Counted from the stretch's first letter, positions 19,203 to 29,261 are shown. The stretch is DNA of 32,000 bases from Candidatus Nitrosopumilus koreensis AR1 (GCF_000299365.1 NC_018655.1:1590001-1622000), one strand, 5' to 3'. The notes: a model not told the origin generated them from the letters alone. Numbers and translations are program-made.

Positions 19203-20123
19203 TTACTCATCAAGCTTTAATGTTTTCCTAATCAAAACAGCTCTGTTTCTTATTGTAACATCGCTTACTCCTGCCTCAACTGAGAATTTCTTTTGACTGA
19301 TTTTTTCCCCGTTCATTATACATGAAATGTATAATGAAGCAGCAGCTTGTGCCACTGGATGTTTTCCGGCAGTGATCTGTTCTTTTTCACAGAGCTTTAG
19401 TATCTCAAATGCGCCCCGTTTTGTCTTTTCTTTCAAATTCATATTGTTTGAAATTTTTGAGATAAACGAGGAAGTGTCGTATTGATTAAGATTCAATCCA
19501 AGCTTTTTGATTATGGTTCTTAAATCTCTGGAAAGTATTCTTCTTTCTACATTACCGGCATTGGCAATATCATCTAATGTTCTTGGGATGTTGTTTTCTC
19601 TACATGACGCATATAACGAGGCTGAAATCAATGATGCCATTGTTCTTCCTCTAGTTAGTTTTGCACTAACTATTTTTCTGTAAATGTATGCAGCATTTTC
19701 TACTACGTTATCTGGTATTCCTAATTTTGTTTTCATCGAATGTAGTAAAGTAAAGGCCTTGCTCAAAGTAGCAGTTTTTCTTGATTTACTTCTTTGATCC
19801 CATGTTCTGAGTCTATTGAATTCATATTTTGTTTTACTTGATAATGCATTTCCAGAAGAATCTTTATTATTTCCAATCACAGTTGATAATCCTTTGTCAA
19901 ACATCGTTAGTGATGTTGAAGGACCTGTTCGTGCTTGTTTCATAAAGTCTTCCTGAGTGTAACCGTTGTTTTCGTATGATGTGTCAGCTAAGTTTTGCAC
20001 TAGAATAAGACCGCAACCCCCACAAAAAATTTCTCCTCGTTCAGAATCTGTTATTGCAGGATAGGTTTTGCAAGCGTCTAGTTTACACTTGACATCATAA
20101 TCATTTGAATAATTTTCTACCAC
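19203..20123 (-). CDS. tfb: Transcription initiation factor B (TFB) paralog
   Basis: 306 aa with a zinc ribbon (CKLDACKTYPAITDSERGEIFCGGCGLI) and two cyclin-like repeats. Confidence 0.9.
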   Translation of the reverse strand: MVENYSNDYDVKCKLDACKTYPAITDSERGEIFCGGCGLILVQNLADTSYENNGYTQEDFMKQARTGPSTSLTMFDKGLSTVIGNNKDSSGNALSSKTKYEFNRLRTWDQRSKSRKTATLSKAFTLLHSMKTKLGIPDNVVENAAYIYRKIVSAKLTRGRTMASLISASLYASCRENNIPRTLDDIANAGNVERRILSRDLRTIIKKLGLNLNQYDTSSFISKISNNMNLKEKTKRGAFEILKLCEKEQITAGKHPVAQAAASLYISCIMNGEKISQKKFSVEAGVSDVTIRNRAVLIRKTLKLDE

Positions 20124-20299
20124 TGTTAACTAGTATTAGTCGACATAAAATAAAAATAAACTGTTAGAGGAAATTTTGAGATGAAAACTAAACTTTACAA
20201 ACAAAAAATTCCTGATCTTTTTAAAAAATAAACTTCTTAAAAACAGTACGTCATACATCATATTAAATGTTAAAAATGAAAAAGAAATTCCTTTGAAAA

Positions 20300-20491
20300 T
20301 TATTTTTTGATTGATTCTAAAGAATGGCCACGATTTTGGATCATCTGTGTAACTGCTTCTACAGTATAATCAATTCCATGCTCTTCTTCAAAATGGTTTC
20401 TTAATTTCTCAATTGTGCCAACAGATTTTTCTTCATCAATTTGATATTGACATTCAAAACCATAATCTTCACATCTAAGTTTGAGAGTCAT
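20300..20491 (-). CDS. Small DUF1059-like protein
   Basis: 63 aa, LRCEDYGFECQYQIDEEKSVGTIEKLRNHFEEEHGIDYTVEAVTQMI. Confidence 0.75.
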   Translation of the reverse strand: MTLKLRCEDYGFECQYQIDEEKSVGTIEKLRNHFEEEHGIDYTVEAVTQMIQNRGHSLESIKK

Positions 20492-20616
20492 TTAGTCTGG
20501 AGAAAATATTAAACCTATAAAAACCATGGACCTGTCTTTCACACAAACGAAATTAGTCATTTTGAACCTAAAATGTATCAAATAGCACTAATAACATCTG
20601 TTATTATGAATTAGAT

Positions 20617-20997
20617 ATGAAAGGGTTAGAGTTTATTTTTCTTGCAGCGGGTTCTGTTCTTGGAGCATTTCTAAGATACAAAGTAACAGAATCACCTTTG
20701 ATCTTCAATACATTACCACTAAACGTTTTGATAGTAAATATGGTTGGCGCATTTGTTCTTGGAGCATTTATTGTTATTTCAGAACAATGGAATCTTGATG
20801 GAAGATATTCTCTTTTTGCAGCAGTAGGATTTTGTGGTTCTCTTACAACAATGTCTTCATTTGCTCTTGATTCTAGTAATCTGATAGAAAGCAATCATTA
20901 TGGAACACTTGCAGTCAACATAATTGCCAATGTTGGGTTATCTATTGGAGCATTAATTGGAGGAAAATCCTTAATGAGTGCAATAATATCTAATTAA
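20617..20997 (+). CDS. crcB: CrcB/Fluc-family fluoride ion channel
   Basis: 126 aa, hydrophobic; GSVLGAFLRYKV, NTLPLNVLIVNMVGAFVLGAF, GFCGSLTTMSSFALDS. Confidence 0.93.
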   Translation: MKGLEFIFLAAGSVLGAFLRYKVTESPLIFNTLPLNVLIVNMVGAFVLGAFIVISEQWNLDGRYSLFAAVGFCGSLTTMSSFALDSSNLIESNHYGTLAVNIIANVGLSIGALIGGKSLMSAIISN

Positions 20998-21003
20998 TTA
21001 GAA

Positions 21004-21231
21004 ATGGTCTATTCCTATCAAGTTGTAAAATTTCAATCAATATCATTTGTTCAAGGAACTCATTGGTCACAATCTGTAGGCGATAAAGGAATACTATACA
21101 AATCACTCAAAGATCCATTTTCAAAACTAATAGTTCAAACTAATGATGCAAAAAAATTATTTCATGTGCCAAAAGACAGAACTGTGGTTGTTACAAATGA
21201 TACTGTTCATTTTCTAGGCGAATTAGCTTAG
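21004..21231 (+). CDS. Small hypothetical protein
   Basis: 75-aa ORF immediately after crcB. Confidence 0.6.
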   Translation: MVYSYQVVKFQSISFVQGTHWSQSVGDKGILYKSLKDPFSKLIVQTNDAKKLFHVPKDRTVVVTNDTVHFLGELA

Positions 21232-21504
21232 TTATTTAAAAAACTGATCAACTTGATCTCTATATTTCAGTGCAATCTTTCCAAAATCTGAAAAATCCTC
21301 TACAGTTGGATTTTTCATTCTCATTGCGTATTGATTCACAAATACAGACAAAGCACTACCTATGATTAAATTGTACACACCATCTGCAACATTATTTGAG
21401 TACGGAAATGCAACTTTAATAAAAGGCAGATATGACTCTGTTTGAGATATCATTAACTTGATATGCTTTTCAACAACATCTTCTACATCAGTAGGTATTG
21501 CCAT
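21232..21504 (-). CDS. Small conserved hypothetical protein
   Basis: 90-aa ORF abutting the preceding ORF convergently. Confidence 0.65.
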   Translation of the reverse strand: MAIPTDVEDVVEKHIKLMISQTESYLPFIKVAFPYSNNVADGVYNLIIGSALSVFVNQYAMRMKNPTVEDFSDFGKIALKYRDQVDQFFK

Positions 21505-21612
21505 GATTTTACTAGTATTGATTTCTTATAAGTAGATCTTTTACACAGGGTGTTGTTTTCAAAGTTGATAATTGCTTTTAGAATTTATTAAAAAAAATAC
21601 TGGAATGGTTTT

Positions 21613-22092
21613 ATGGTGGCAAAAAAACCTACCAAAAAACCTTCAGTCCCATCTCCATTTCTAACTTCAAGTTGGTTTGATATTGACAAATCAATTAATA
21701 ATTTAAAAAAGGAGATGGAAAAAGCATTTTCTTCATTCCCAACAACAATGATGCCAAGAATATCACAAACATCTTGTGATATTATTGATGAAGGGAAACA
21801 GTTCCGTGTAAAAATGGATGTTCCGGGAATAAAGAAAAATGAAATAAAACTGAATGTGACTGAAAATTCTCTTGAAATTTCAGGAGAGCATAAGGAAGAA
21901 TCCGAAGAAAAGAAGAAAAATTTCCTTACAAAAGAACGCAGTCAGGTATCATACTATAGAACTCTGCCTCTTTCTGAAAACATAGTTGCATCTAAGGTAA
22001 AGGCAAAACTTAGTGATGGGGTTTTAGATATAACACTACCAAAATCTAAACCTACAAAGACCCAAAAGAAGAAATCAGTCTCAATTCAATAG
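21613..22092 (+). CDS. hsp20: Hsp20/alpha-crystallin-family small heat-shock protein
   Basis: GKQFRVKMDVPGIKKNEIKLNVTENSLEISGEHKEE...YYRTLPLSENIVASKVKAKLSDGVLDITLPK. Confidence 0.94.
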   Translation: MVAKKPTKKPSVPSPFLTSSWFDIDKSINNLKKEMEKAFSSFPTTMMPRISQTSCDIIDEGKQFRVKMDVPGIKKNEIKLNVTENSLEISGEHKEESEEKKKNFLTKERSQVSYYRTLPLSENIVASKVKAKLSDGVLDITLPKSKPTKTQKKKSVSIQ

Positions 22093-22311
22093 TTGTTCTT
22101 TCACAACCACTTGAGATAGATATTTTTCTTTTCCTTTTCTGCTTCTAGGCAAACACCTTAACTGCCTGTTACAACATGGGCAAGTTAGCCCGTCATAGTC
22201 TACAAATACTTCACAATAATTACATCTCTTCTGACCTGCAGCGTATCTTCCAATTTGTGACGGTTTTAGTGCTTTGTACTCTTTGCATTTACCAATACAA
22301 TACGTCATCAA
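22081..22311 (-). CDS. Small Cys-rich putative zinc-binding protein
   Basis: 76 aa with CIGKCKEYKALKPS...RYAAGQKRCNYCEVFVDYDGLTCPCCNRQLR. Confidence 0.78.
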   Translation of the reverse strand: MMTYCIGKCKEYKALKPSQIGRYAAGQKRCNYCEVFVDYDGLTCPCCNRQLRCLPRSRKGKEKYLSQVVVKEQLLN

Positions 22312-22415
22312 TGAAGCCTAAAATTATTCAAAAATAAAAGGTTTGATTGCACTGCAACGCACTTTTTGAATATCTTCCAAATTGAATTTATAATACTAGT
22401 CTCCACTTTTGGCTG

Positions 22416-22715
22416 TTGCATTATCTGGATGAAAAAGTATTTGGAAATATCACTACAAAAGAAATCATTGGTGCAGAACCACCAGAAATTCCTGATACGA
22501 GAGATAATTTAGAAAACGAACTTGCAACTTTACTGTCCGAATTAGAATCACAGTCAAAAGAAAATCTTGAAAAACTACTAGAAAAACAAAAGGCTGCAGA
22601 GGATCATGTCAATAGTAGGCCTGGAGCTATGGCACTATCCCAACCTAAAATTCAATTGTTTACAACATACAGTCAAAGATACATAAAATCAATTAAAGAA
22701 AAATTAGAATCTTAG
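22416..22715 (+). CDS. Conserved hypothetical protein
   Basis: 99-aa ORF, charged/helical. Confidence 0.68.
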   Translation: MHYLDEKVFGNITTKEIIGAEPPEIPDTRDNLENELATLLSELESQSKENLEKLLEKQKAAEDHVNSRPGAMALSQPKIQLFTTYSQRYIKSIKEKLES

Positions 22716-23656
22716 ACTTTTTTCTTTTTGCTACGTTTTTTTGGAGATGCCTTTCTTCGTACTAGTAATGATATGATTGCACCTGCTGGAATTCCTATAA
22801 TTGTTCCAAGACTAACATAGGGGGCAATAAAGAAACTTCCAATCCAAATTCCACCATCAGTTGTCAATTCCATAAATGTTCGTGGTCTTAGAGTTACTGA
22901 AACTGTCTGTGAATCTTCTTTTTGTTCTCCAACATCGTCTGTATATTGTACAATAATCTCAAATGGAATCTTGTATTCCGTATTTACTTCATCAGTTGGG
23001 GTGATGATTCTTGATGTTATTCCTATAGGAGTATTTTTTTGTATTTTAGAAAAAGTATGTGATGTTTCACCTCTAAACTCAATATCTTTAGGCGAAATGA
23101 TCTTGATTCTAACATCTGTAATATCAATATCTTCAGAAATCACACCTACTTCTATTGGAAACTCTGCATTTGCAAAAATTGATTCAGGTGTTTTTGTATA
23201 AATTGTAACATTTGGATCAGCTTTTATGGTAATTGGAATTGCAATGTCATAAAAGAATGGTTCTTGTGGTGTTTTATTATTTGATACAAGAACCTGAGAA
23301 TATTTTATGTTAAGAAAATGAATTCCTGGATTTGCATTATCTGTGATGTATAGATTGATATTTTCTCCATATGATCCACCTTGCGCCAATTTGTCAATTA
23401 TGATATTTTTTGGCTCTACATTTAATCCTCGAATCTCAGATACCAAGAACTCAAATGAAATATCCTGTTTTTCTTCCCATCCGTTATTTTTTACTAAAAT
23501 CGAGATAATTCCTTCTCGCCCTACTACAATTTCACCAGGATGCGTGATCTCAATATCCATCCCTCCTTCTAGATTCTGAACTAGGGTTTCTGCGTAAACA
23601 TTTGGAATTAGCATAAAGAATCCCAACATCAAGGGGACGGTCCATAGCGGTCTCAT
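22712..23656 (-). CDS. Secreted, C-terminally membrane-anchored protein with Ig/NEW3-like beta domains
   Basis: Signal peptide, beta-rich repeats, C-terminal SFFIAPYVSLGTIIGIPAGAIISLLVRRKASPKKRSKKKK. Confidence 0.78.
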   Translation of the reverse strand: MRPLWTVPLMLGFFMLIPNVYAETLVQNLEGGMDIEITHPGEIVVGREGIISILVKNNGWEEKQDISFEFLVSEIRGLNVEPKNIIIDKLAQGGSYGENINLYITDNANPGIHFLNIKYSQVLVSNNKTPQEPFFYDIAIPITIKADPNVTIYTKTPESIFANAEFPIEVGVISEDIDITDVRIKIISPKDIEFRGETSHTFSKIQKNTPIGITSRIITPTDEVNTEYKIPFEIIVQYTDDVGEQKEDSQTVSVTLRPRTFMELTTDGGIWIGSFFIAPYVSLGTIIGIPAGAIISLLVRRKASPKKRSKKKKV

Positions 23657-23771
23657 TTCTTACCTCAAATAACTCCGTAATCCCTATTCTGTGTTATTGT
23701 CAGGCTCAAAATTTTGCAAAAAAACTTGTTGATTCATAAATACCAACCAACGGAGGACTCTAGAAATAATC

Positions 23772-24676
23772 ATGGTAAGTAAAACAAAAGAACTCTGTCC
23801 AAGATGTGCGCAGGGAAAACTAGTAACTGATAATGAATCCGGAGAGATGTTTTGCTCCAAATGTGGGTTTGTGATCACTGAAAAATTACAAGAGGCAGGC
23901 CCTGAATGGAGATCATTTACACAAGACGAACACGGAGACAGGGCAAGAGCAGGCGCTCCTACCTCATTGACTATGCATGACATGGGTCTTGCTACAATAA
24001 TTAATCCAGTAAACAAGGATGCTTCTGGAAGACCACTAACAGCTTCTATGAAAAGTACTATTGAGAGATTACGAACTTGGGATAGTAGAAGCCAAGTTCA
24101 TGAACCAGTTGATAGAAATTTCAGACAAGCATTTAGTGAATTAAACAGACTAAAAGACAAACTAGCAATTTCTGATGCAGTAATTGAAAAGGCAGCTTAC
24201 ATTTACAGAAAAGCATTAGATAAAGGACTCGTTAGAGGTCGCTCCATTTCAGCTTTGATGGCATCAGCACTTTATGCTGCATGTCGTGATACTGAAACTC
24301 CAAGAAATCTAAAAGATGTTGAACAAGCAGCAAACATCAAAAGAAAAGATATCGCAAGATGTTACAGATTACTAGTAAAAGAACTTGACTTGAAGATGCC
24401 AGTAACTGATTCAATTCAATGTGTTGCAAGAATTGCCAGTAGAATTGGAATTGCAGAAAAACAAAGAGATATGCAGTTAAAGTGCTCAAAAAAGCACAAG
24501 AAAACGAAGTTTCAGCAGGAAAAGATCCAATGGGATTAGCTGCTGCTGCACTATACCTATCATGTGTCAAAAATGGTGAAGATAAGACTCAGCGTGATAT
24601 TGCAGAAGCTGCAAACGTGACTGAAGTTACCATTAGAAATAGGTACAAAGGTCTCAAAGAATCCCTCGATCTTTAA
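23772..24676 (+). pseudogene. tfb: Transcription initiation factor B (TFB), interrupted by one apparent frameshift (track ORFs 23772-24539 and 24482-24676)
   Basis: Zinc ribbon CPRCAQGKLVTDNESGEMFCSKCG and both cyclin repeats. After RIASRIGIAEK the frame changes; adding one A in the run near 24457-24461 restores EKTKRYAVKVLKKAQENEVSAGKDPMGLAAAALYLSC... Confidence 0.88.
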
Positions 24677-26148
24677 TCAAATTTTTCTTGAAAATTTACT
24701 TTTTTTACAAATCCACCTTCGTTTGACTCATCCATTAAATTTTCTACTTTTTTTGATTCATCTTTAGATGCACCATCATCAGAATCTTCAGGTGGTTTTA
24801 CAAATCCACCTTCAGTTGATTCTGGAGGAGGAATATTTTTTGCTCTTCCCATTCCAATTGTTGTAATAATTACTGATGCCAAAATGATAAAGAATATGAT
24901 TTGTGGATATGCTTCTGCATTTGAGAGCCCCATAGTTATTGGATATGTAGCGAGTACTGCTGCAGCAAGCCCTCTAGGAATCATAGAATTTGTAACAGCT
25001 CTGTCCAACTTGGAAAATCTTTTTGTCAGTGTAATTTTTGCAACAATTCCTCTTCCAAAGAAAACTGCAATTGTTACTAAAATTCCAAATATCATATATT
25101 CTATTTGTCCAAAACTTGCCATTAATCCAACAAATACAAAGAAAAATGCTCTTACCAAAAATGTGAGCTGGTTATGAGTTGGATCATCCATCTCGATTTT
25201 TGGTAATTTGAACTTAAGAATATGTGCTAGATGACTCTTATTTCCAACCATTAATCCAAATACTAATGCAGTTAATGCACCTGATTCTCCAAATGAATTT
25301 GCTAAGAAGAATAACACAAACAAAATTCCTAATGTAAGCATGTATCCATGTTGAGCATTTCCAAGCTTTGTTGAAACATACATCCAAGGAATTCCTACAC
25401 CAAATCCCAGAACTAAACCTACTATAACTGCCCTTCCAAGTGTTTCTTGTAATGTCTGAATATCAAAATGTCCTGCAAGTACTGCTTCAAATAATATGAA
25501 TGCAATAATTGTAGCTAAAATATCAGTTAGAGCTGATTCAAAACTTAGCATAGATTTTGCTTCTTCTGAAATCTGGACATTTCTAACCAATCCAAAAACA
25601 ATTGCAGAACTACTTCCTCCAACAATTGAGCCCAACAAAATACTTTCTAACCATAACCATCCCAATGCATAATGTGCTGCAACTGCAATTACTGTAACTG
25701 ACAAAATAAAACCAAGAATAGCTAATGTGGATGAAAAATGTGCTGTTCTTATAACATGTTTGATATCTAAATTTAATCCTCCATCAAACATGATGATTAT
25801 TAATGCCAGTGCTGCAAAATATGGAACCACTTGAATTACAGCTTCTGGTTGAATCAAACCTAGTACTGGTCCTAGAATCACTCCTAGAATCATCAAGAAT
25901 GCAACATCTGGTATTCCTGTTTTTTTAAAAAATGCTTCACCTGCAACTCCAAGAAAAATTACAACCCCTGCTGCAAGCAAAATTACATGAGCTGGAGCAA
26001 TAACACCATCTTGAACAGATAATGTTCCAATTGAGTTTTGCAACTCTGTAATTCTTTCTAAAATAAAATTTGAATCAAAATTAGATAATGGTATTTCACC
26101 AAACTGGCCTCTAATTAAATTCAAAATAGACAAAACTATTGGATTCAT
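24673..26148 (-). CDS. CPA-type cation/proton antiporter
   Basis: 491 aa, about 12 hydrophobic segments, MFDGGLNLD, GSIVGGSSSAIVFGL and SFESALTDILATI motifs. Confidence 0.9.
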   Translation of the reverse strand: MNPIVLSILNLIRGQFGEIPLSNFDSNFILERITELQNSIGTLSVQDGVIAPAHVILLAAGVVIFLGVAGEAFFKKTGIPDVAFLMILGVILGPVLGLIQPEAVIQVVPYFAALALIIIMFDGGLNLDIKHVIRTAHFSSTLAILGFILSVTVIAVAAHYALGWLWLESILLGSIVGGSSSAIVFGLVRNVQISEEAKSMLSFESALTDILATIIAFILFEAVLAGHFDIQTLQETLGRAVIVGLVLGFGVGIPWMYVSTKLGNAQHGYMLTLGILFVLFFLANSFGESGALTALVFGLMVGNKSHLAHILKFKLPKIEMDDPTHNQLTFLVRAFFFVFVGLMASFGQIEYMIFGILVTIAVFFGRGIVAKITLTKRFSKLDRAVTNSMIPRGLAAAVLATYPITMGLSNAEAYPQIIFFIILASVIITTIGMGRAKNIPPPESTEGGFVKPPEDSDDGASKDESKKVENLMDESNEGGFVKKVNFQEKFD

Positions 26149-26261
26149 CTATTATTGCATCTCAATATCTATGGATAAAAATTAAACTAGATTTGGTTAG
26201 TCATTTTAGCCTCATTAATTTTAGATACACCTTAAATCACCCCAAACAGTATTTTTCTTGA

Positions 26262-26804
26262 ATGAGTGCTACAAATGAACTTCGCGCAGATCACGTACAG
26301 GTAAGACGTCTTGAAAAAATTGTTTTCAAATGTGCAGAGGAATTAAAAAATGGAACAGATATTCCATTTTCTGATCTTACAAAGATAACTATTGTTATAT
26401 CTGAATTTGTAGATACAATTCACCATTCTAGAGAAGAGGACTCTTATTTTCCATGTGTAGCAAGCTATGATTCTCTAAAAGATGAAATTCATAAATTTCT
26501 GGTTGAACATGAATTTGGAAGAAATGTTGCAAGAAAAATCCATCACCATCTAAAACAATGGAAAGCAGGTGAAGATGCAAGAGAACCTGTCTCAAGATAT
26601 CTTAAAACATATGCAATATTTCTCAACGATCATCTAAACAAAGAAAACAAATTCTTTGATAACGTAGAAGCTAATGTTTTATCAAAAGAGGAAGAAACAG
26701 ACATGTATGAACAATACAGATCTATATTTGCAGTCGTAAAGAAAGTTGAGGATATGATCAAAGAAATTGATTTCTTAGAGAATCAACCTTGGTTTAAAAA
26801 TTAA
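26262..26804 (+). CDS. Hemerythrin-like (HHE) domain protein
   Basis: Metal-ligand-like spacing: LRADHVQVRRLE, FVDTIHHSREEDSYFP, FLVEHEFGRNVARKIHHHL, YAIFLNDHLNKEN. Confidence 0.85.
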   Translation: MSATNELRADHVQVRRLEKIVFKCAEELKNGTDIPFSDLTKITIVISEFVDTIHHSREEDSYFPCVASYDSLKDEIHKFLVEHEFGRNVARKIHHHLKQWKAGEDAREPVSRYLKTYAIFLNDHLNKENKFFDNVEANVLSKEEETDMYEQYRSIFAVVKKVEDMIKEIDFLENQPWFKN

Positions 26805-26825
26805 CGTAAGCTCTTTATGGGCTGA

Positions 26826-27356
26826 TTGGAAATTTTTTACATGAAACCTTTTGTTCTTTGGATGACTGGTCTCCCATGTTCTGGAAAGACTACAATCGTA
26901 AAAGATCTGCAAAAAGATATTCCAAATTTGGCAATGCTTGATGGAGATGAATTAAGAGAATGGTTTTCTCCAAAAGACTTTTCAAAAGCAGGACGTGATG
27001 AACACAACAAAAAAGTTGCTCATTTGGCAAAATTGTTGTTAAAACATGGTGTTCCAAGCGCAGTATCTCTGGTATCTCCATATCTTGAGAACCGAGAAAA
27101 TGCCAGAAAGATTATCGACGCAGGTGATCAGTTTGCAGAGTGTTATGTCAAATGTTCATTAGAAGAGTGCGAAAAAAGAGATGTCAAAGGCATGTATGCC
27201 AAGGCAAGAAAAGGGGAGATCAAAGGATTCACAGGAATTGATGATCCTTACGAAGCTCCAGAAAAAGCAGATCTAATTGTTGATACAGAAAATGAATCAC
27301 TTGATGATAGTGCAAACAAAGTAAAGGACTTTCTTAAATCAAGAAACCTACTCTAA
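26826..27356 (+). CDS. cysC: Adenylylsulfate kinase (APS kinase)
   Basis: WMTGLPCSGKTTIVKDL P-loop, LDGDELREWFSPKDFSKAGRDEHNK, VKCSLEECEKRDVKGMYAKAR. Start may be the internal Met of MKPFVLWMTG. Confidence 0.93.
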   Translation: MEIFYMKPFVLWMTGLPCSGKTTIVKDLQKDIPNLAMLDGDELREWFSPKDFSKAGRDEHNKKVAHLAKLLLKHGVPSAVSLVSPYLENRENARKIIDAGDQFAECYVKCSLEECEKRDVKGMYAKARKGEIKGFTGIDDPYEAPEKADLIVDTENESLDDSANKVKDFLKSRNLL

Positions 27357-28163
27357 TTTTTTAAATTCATCAACTATTGTTTGATGAATAATTCCATTTG
27401 TAACTAGAATTCCATTTTGATGATACACTTCCTTATTGTTGTATGAAATATCGTTTCCCAGCATATCTGTCATTTTGCCCCCTGCTTCAGAAATTATACA
27501 ATATGATGCAGCTGTATCCCATTCTTTCATTTTATTTGTAGTTGTAATGTATGCATCAGCCTCACCTGATGCAATTTTTCCAACCTTTAATGAACTACCT
27601 ATACTTGTAAAGTCTTCAATTCCTAATTTTTTGATAAATGCTTTTTCTTTGTCTGACAGGTGATGCCTGGAGCCCACAGTTCTACACTTTGGAAGTTCTG
27701 ATGTTGTAGTAACTGAGATCTTTTCCCATTCTTCATTATGATATCTAAATGCGCCCCTCTTCTTTTGTGCAACAAACAATGTTTTTTCAGTAGGCCAACC
27801 TATTACTCCTAGAATTGGTTTTTTGTTTTTTACAAGTGCAATCATTACAGTAAATTCACCTGTTTTATCAATAAAATCTGAAGTGCCGTCTAAAGGATCA
27901 ACTATCCAAATTATCTCTTCAGATAATCTACTTTGATCATCATTATCTTCCTCAGATAAGATTTTGTACTCTGTTTTAGAAAGAATTTTTTTAATGATCT
28001 CGTTACTTTTTAGATCTGCCTCTGTAATTGGCGAATCATCTTTTTTGGTAAATTCTTCGAACTCACCTTTGTATATCTCCAAAATTGTATTTCCTGCTAC
28101 TTGTGCTGCCTCAATTGCAATATCTAATTCAGGAATTTTTTCTGTAATTGGTATGCCTTTCAA
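27348..28163 (-). CDS. cysQ: Inositol-monophosphatase-superfamily protein, likely 3'(2'),5'-bisphosphate nucleotidase
   Basis: SPITEADLKSNEII, ILSEEDNDD, IWIVDPLDGTSDFIDKTGEFTVMIAL, MKEWDTAASYCIISEAGGKMTD. Confidence 0.88.
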   Translation of the reverse strand: MKGIPITEKIPELDIAIEAAQVAGNTILEIYKGEFEEFTKKDDSPITEADLKSNEIIKKILSKTEYKILSEEDNDDQSRLSEEIIWIVDPLDGTSDFIDKTGEFTVMIALVKNKKPILGVIGWPTEKTLFVAQKKRGAFRYHNEEWEKISVTTTSELPKCRTVGSRHHLSDKEKAFIKKLGIEDFTSIGSSLKVGKIASGEADAYITTTNKMKEWDTAASYCIISEAGGKMTDMLGNDISYNNKEVYHQNGILVTNGIIHQTIVDEFKKLE

Positions 28164-28172
28164 AATACATTC

Positions 28173-28382
28173 CTATGTTGTAAGTTCTGGCTTTAGTGTC
28201 CATACCACCCCAAGCGCGATAAATGGAATGGAAATAATACCAATAATTCCCAGAATTGTGAAAAACTGAGATTCTGAAACTTCTGGATTGTTTACTATCC
28301 ATGGAAGTGGCAAAGATACAATTATCCAAATAACTCCTAATAATACGATCAACTTTGCTTTAGCTTTTCTACTTTTCATCAT
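28173..28382 (-). CDS. Small membrane protein (two predicted TM segments)
   Basis: 69 aa, LIVLLGVIWIIVSLPLPWIV and FFTILGIIGIISIPFIALGVVW. Confidence 0.65.
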   Translation of the reverse strand: MMKSRKAKAKLIVLLGVIWIIVSLPLPWIVNNPEVSESQFFTILGIIGIISIPFIALGVVWTLKPELTT

Positions 28383-28419
28383 GATTCATCTCTTTAGGTT
28401 GTATTAAATTCATGTGAAT

Positions 28420-29172
28420 TTATTTTGTTGATTCTCCTCCATCTACTGCAAGAATAGCTCCAGTGATCCATAATGCGTCATCTGACGCAAAATAGAGTAC
28501 AGCCTTTGCTACTTCTTCTGGTTTTCCTATTCTACCTAATGGATGTTCTGCATTCATGAAATCCCTATCTTTTTGAGTTTTTACAAATGGTTTTGTCATG
28601 TCTGTGTCTACTACTCCTGGACAAATACAATTCACCCTGATTTTGTTTTTTGAATATTCAAGAGCCCAACACTTTGTAAGTATGATTAATGCTGCCTTTG
28701 TTGCTGAATATGCATCAGCGTTAAATCCTTGATATGCCTTCAATCCTGCATCTGATGAAATATTAATTATTGATCCTGATGTTTTTTGTAAATGTGGGAT
28801 TGCCTCTTTTGTAACCCTGTATTGTCCTGTAAGATTTACATCTAAAACTTCATTCCATTCATCTTCTTCAATTTCATGCAGTTGTTTTATCCTTGGAAAA
28901 ACCCCTGCATTATTTACAAGAATATCCAACCTTCCAAATTTTTCAACAATTTTTTGTACTGCATTTTTCACCTCATTAGAATTTCTGATGTCCGCAGTAA
29001 TTGCAAATACATTAGAAATTTCAGCTAATTTTTCTAATCGCTTTTGATCTTTTCCTGTAATTGCTACTTTGGCTCCATTTTCTAGCAAAACTTTTGCAGT
29101 GGCAAATCCTATTCCTCTGCTTCCACCAGTCACTAAAGCAACTTTTCCTGATAAAGACAACAGCTTTAGCAT
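28420..29172 (-). CDS. Short-chain dehydrogenase/reductase (FabG/glucose dehydrogenase-like)
   Basis: LVTGGSRGIGFATAKVL, NNAGVFP, YSATKAALIILTKCWALEY, ITGAILAVDGG. Confidence 0.93.
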   Translation of the reverse strand: MLKLLSLSGKVALVTGGSRGIGFATAKVLLENGAKVAITGKDQKRLEKLAEISNVFAITADIRNSNEVKNAVQKIVEKFGRLDILVNNAGVFPRIKQLHEIEEDEWNEVLDVNLTGQYRVTKEAIPHLQKTSGSIINISSDAGLKAYQGFNADAYSATKAALIILTKCWALEYSKNKIRVNCICPGVVDTDMTKPFVKTQKDRDFMNAEHPLGRIGKPEEVAKAVLYFASDDALWITGAILAVDGGESTK

Positions 29173-29249
29173 AAAACTTCGTAATTTATAGATCGATTTT
29201 TAGTAAATAGGAATAAAATATTTCAATAATTAAAAATTTATTTGTAATT

Positions 29250-29261
29250 TTTTATATAAAC
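29250..29261. promoter_or_regulatory. TATA-box candidate TTTATATAAA (29251-29260) for the downstream RNA candidate
   Basis: Sequence at 29251-29260 is TTTATATAAA, roughly 25 nt upstream of the start of the GC-richer structured tract. It is self-complementary, so direction is ambiguous. Confidence 0.5.

Noticed and set aside
20181-20231. Very short ORF with an SD-like GAGG upstream (MKTKLYKQKIPDLFKK)
   Set aside because: Sixteen codons with no comparative support. It cannot be separated from chance in AT-rich DNA.
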